Sequence record: PV730302.1
From: a phage
Strand: one strand, 5' to 3'
Length of the DNA stretch: 64,000 nt
Position numbers and translations under genes: made by a program. The notes beneath the pieces were generated by a model. That model ran no database searches. It was not told where the DNA came from and saw nothing but the letters and a program-made list of their open reading frames with translations. Below are positions 61,314 through 64,000 of the stretch, one piece after another; within the stretch, counting starts at the first letter, position 1; each line of letters starts with the position of its first letter.

Positions 61314-61342
61314 ATTATAACATGGCTCTCGATAAAGTAAAC
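61314..61342 (-). promoter_or_regulatory. early promoter (GTTTAC-N17-TATAAT) with -10 in loop of a perfect 9-bp-stem hairpin
   Basis: gagagccat-tataac-atggctctc (61307..61330); -35 gtaaac 17 nt away; upstream of ORF start 61271. Confidence 0.5.
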
Positions 61343-61344
61343 TA

Positions 61345-61893
61345 CTAATTCAATACATTAACCACTGCACTACGAGGTACTACGCTGAAATCACCCGCAT
61401 GGACAACGTTCAGAAGCTCAACACCGTCTTCAACCCACTGGTCTGTTACCCATCCACAGATAGGATTATCAAAAGGACGACGGATAGACACAGCAGCACA
61501 CAGAAGGTCAGTAGGGTCTTGTTCTTCAACTTCTTGGAACAGGATTAACTCTGCTTCATAAACCAGGTTTTTCTCTACTTTGTTATTATCTAACCGGCGA
61601 CCGTGGATGACGTAAGATTTGGCAAACCAGTCGCTTTTGGTAAATTCTTCAATAATAAATTCGCCTTCGCCAAAAACATCAGTCAGAGTTTTATAACCGG
61701 AAACCAAGGCCCTGGTTTTAATTTCAGGTTCAACCAGTTTGTAGGTTTTGCCGATTTCGATAGTCTTAGTAGTCATAGTGGTTTCCTTAATTTCCATTGG
61801 TTTAATAAGAGTGCCGTACATACTTGCAATGTCAAAATCAATCAGTTTAGCTGCCGGATTCGGGGTGTATTTAGGGTTATAATTAAATTTCAT
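61345..61893 (-). CDS. hypothetical protein, paralog family Y (member 2)
   Basis: 182 aa; shares C-terminal motif with ORF 60720..61271. Confidence 0.45.
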   Translation of the reverse strand: MKFNYNPKYTPNPAAKLIDFDIASMYGTLIKPMEIKETTMTTKTIEIGKTYKLVEPEIKTRALVSGYKTLTDVFGEGEFIIEEFTKSDWFAKSYVIHGRRLDNNKVEKNLVYEAELILFQEVEEQDPTDLLCAAVSIRRPFDNPICGWVTDQWVEDGVELLNVVHAGDFSVVPRSAVVNVLN

Positions 61894-62399
61894 ATTGTTC
61901 TCAATTCAATAAAATCTACGAGTTCAGCATGGGATTTGCGGAACATTACTTGGCGGTCACCGATGACAACCTCATCTTCTGGTATTTCGTAAACAGCAAG
62001 ATAGAATCCTTTAGAAGATAATTCGGCACGCTCTTCACGAGTGAACCAGCGCATCATATCATACTCGCTGGCAAAAGCAAAATGGTAGAGGTTAACAAAC
62101 CAACTAGGGATATAGTTATCTACACCTTTATAATCTTCATGTTCGAATTTGGTTTTAATTACCATATTAGAATTTTTAACCAACAATTCGTCTTGACTTG
62201 GTAGTGGAATATTTTTATTATTGGTATGATGGTGTCTAAAATTAGGTCTGTCGAAACCGACTTCCAATAACCAACCTTCACTCCATTCGTCAAATGAGCC
62301 TCTATACGGGGTTAATTGGCGACATTGTTGACGAGTGATTGCGATAACATCGCTGTTGTCTAAGATACTGAACGATGACTCCACTCGATAAATTTTCAT
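61890..62399 (-). CDS. hypothetical protein (possibly motB position)
   Basis: 169 aa; SD GAGGAG lies in an inverted-repeat arm; T4 MotB is of similar size and sits upstream of dexA, but identity is unverified. Confidence 0.35.
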   Translation of the reverse strand: MKIYRVESSFSILDNSDVIAITRQQCRQLTPYRGSFDEWSEGWLLEVGFDRPNFRHHHTNNKNIPLPSQDELLVKNSNMVIKTKFEHEDYKGVDNYIPSWFVNLYHFAFASEYDMMRWFTREERAELSSKGFYLAVYEIPEDEVVIGDRQVMFRKSHAELVDFIELRTI

Positions 62400-62426
62400 T
62401 TTGTTCTCCTCATGTTGATAGGGTAG

Positions 62427-62455
62427 ATAATATCATGCCATGAGGAGAAGTAAAC
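62427..62455 (-). promoter_or_regulatory. early promoter-like element (GTTTAC-N17-TATTAT) inside SD-sequestering inverted repeat
   Basis: 9-bp arms ctcctcatg (62406..62414, SD/start region) and catgaggag (62439..62447, promoter spacer). Confidence 0.45.
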
Positions 62456-62459
62456 ACTT

Positions 62460-63134
62460 TTATCGATTTTTTATACTTAATGGGTCGGGATTCTCAGGGA
62501 CATCTTCCAGGCCCAAGGCGTATCGTTGGGCATATTTAAGCATCAAGATATCCTTAGCACAGTCATGGATGGAGTCATGAGCAACAAAGCCGTTCAATGT
62601 TCCGTTAGGCAGAGGACACATGCTCAATCCACGAGTCAATGAATAGGCTTCGATAGCCGTACGGATGTCACGTTGGTTCCAGAATTTAACTGGTTCTAAT
62701 TTACTGGTATCAATTTCATTCTCAGGAACACCTTCAGAACGATAAGCATCGCGAATAAGGTCGACTAAGATTGGAAAGTCAAAGGACATTCCACGGCACC
62801 ACATCTGAGATTTCCATTGGTCTACTTCGTTTTTACGGCAGTATTCCAAGAAATTACCAAGGCCGATAGAAGTGGACACATCAATTTCGGATGGCGCCAG
62901 GTTTTTACGTGCTTCAGGCCCTTGCTCTTTCCACCACTGTAACGTGCTTTTAGAAAACAGACGTCTATCACGCTGAGAAGCGAGGTCAAATTTAATACGA
63001 AGGCCACGTTGAGTAAGCTCTTCAAACGTTTCTACAACCTCTGGATTGGGGTCATAAGCAATTACGGCGAGGTCGATAACCGCTGCGTTTTGGGTAGTGG
63101 CAAAGGTTTCGAAGTCAATAATTATATCTTTCAT
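62460..63134 (-). CDS. dexA: exonuclease A (DEDD 3'-5' exonuclease)
   Basis: 224 aa (T4 DexA 227 aa); N-terminal IIIDFETF (Exo I motif) and later H..HD motif; position upstream of dda. Confidence 0.8.
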   Translation of the reverse strand: MKDIIIDFETFATTQNAAVIDLAVIAYDPNPEVVETFEELTQRGLRIKFDLASQRDRRLFSKSTLQWWKEQGPEARKNLAPSEIDVSTSIGLGNFLEYCRKNEVDQWKSQMWCRGMSFDFPILVDLIRDAYRSEGVPENEIDTSKLEPVKFWNQRDIRTAIEAYSLTRGLSMCPLPNGTLNGFVAHDSIHDCAKDILMLKYAQRYALGLEDVPENPDPLSIKNR

Positions 63135-63370
63135 TTAACATACCTCATAAGGTCTCGGATTTGGCCGACGGTGTAGTCTTCAATATAAACCGAAGAGATA
63201 TTGTCGTCCAATAGACGCTGTACCGCAATAAAATCGTATTCAATCTCTTTAAGAGAATGCAAGACCTTATGTGCCTTGCCACTGATATTGGTATCGTCTT
63301 GGTTGACCTTAATAATATATTCGGTTTCAAATTTCAACTTATAAAATTGGTCTTTAGTTACTTTAATCAT
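63131..63370 (-). CDS. hypothetical protein
   Basis: Track ORF to 63421 overlaps the dda 3' end; ATG 63368-63370 (MIKVTKDQFYKLKF...) preceded by GAGGAAAA. Confidence 0.35.
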   Translation of the reverse strand: MIKVTKDQFYKLKFETEYIIKVNQDDTNISGKAHKVLHSLKEIEYDFIAVQRLLDDNISSVYIEDYTVGQIRDLMRYVK

Positions 63371-63377
63371 ATTTTCC

Positions 63378-64000
63378 TCAAACGTAATAAGCATCGGTAC
63401 GAGCACGAGTAATACTAACATAAGCCAGCTGTGAAGCTAAACTCACATCAGCCATATGCATACACGGTGTATAGATGAAACTGTTCTGGACTGTGAGACC
63501 CTGTGATTTATGGACAGTGCTCACAGGAAGAGCTCGAACCTTAGTAAACATTCTCTTAGCTTTCCAAAAATCGGCCCACTTAGGTTTCTTACCCGTTCCA
63601 CGCATGGCTTTGTACTCGGTAGCAACCTTAGCCAAGAAATAATGGAACTTCTCGACTGAAGCCTCGTCAATAACCTTTAAATGCTCTACGTAATACTCAT
63701 CGTCTTCATCGATAGATTCTACTTGCAGGTCCCAGTAATTAATCATTTGTCGAGTGCCTACATCCTTGGCAGACAAGAACAATGAGGTGTGGTTCACATC
63801 CAGAATACGAACCATTTGTCCGTTATTAAAAATAGTTTCAGAGAATTTCTTACCGTCGTATTCAAGTTCCTTCATAAAAGGCTCTTGCATTACCAGGATT
63901 TCACCCTTGATATAAGGTGCATCTGTTTCGTAAAGCTTTTTACGAATAATGCTATTCAGCTTTTCAACCGATTTATTTGTATAAGCAAACATCCTATTTT
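63378..64000 (-). CDS. dda: Dda DNA helicase (3' portion; N-terminus beyond window end)
   Basis: C-terminal SF1 helicase motifs: VHKSQGLTV (motif V/VI region), YTPCMHMADV, AYVSITRAR; matches T4 Dda C-terminus as recalled; frame is open to nt 64000. Confidence 0.8.
   Translation of the reverse strand, partial: NRMFAYTNKSVEKLNSIIRKKLYETDAPYIKGEILVMQEPFMKELEYDGKKFSETIFNNGQMVRILDVNHTSLFLSAKDVGTRQMINYWDLQVESIDEDDEYYVEHLKVIDEASVEKFHYFLAKVATEYKAMRGTGKKPKWADFWKAKRMFTKVRALPVSTVHKSQGLTVQNSFIYTPCMHMADVSLASQLAYVSITRARTDAYYV

Overview
This window is a contiguous, largely syntenic segment of a T4-like (Tevenvirinae) myovirus genome; all calls rest on motif recognition, protein size and T4 gene order, with no database search run. 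Plus-strand late structural genes are the baseplate hub cluster (51 partial, 27, 28, 29, 48, 54) and the long tail fibre and holin cluster (34, 35, 36, 37, a T2-type glycine-rich gp38 adhesin, t). Between and after them lie long minus-strand early/middle blocks: two tandem Alt-like ADP-ribosyltransferases, DNA ligase (30), gp31 co-chaperonin, dCMP deaminase, PseT kinase, a spanin pair, RNA ligase 1, denA, nrdB, nrdA, td, frd, gp32, gp59, gp33, dsbA, RNase H, asiA, motA, topoisomerase subunits 52 and a fused 39/60, ndd, rIIB, rIIA, dexA and the 3' end of dda. These are interspersed with many small ORFs of unknown function. No tRNA, CRISPR array, group I intron or homing endonuclease gene was recognised. 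The most notable accessory content is the duplicated Alt effector, a T4 Dam-like methyltransferase in the nrdA-nrdB gap, a HAD-like plus NADAR-like gene pair, several small membrane peptides, a lipoprotein/zinc-ribbon pair, and recurrent early-promoter/stem-loop cassettes. I did not find one clearly delimited novel multi-gene system; the findings are ranked hypotheses. Coordinates of hand-derived sub-features (promoters, hairpins, refined starts, small ORFs) were anchored to the ORF track and may be off by a few nt.
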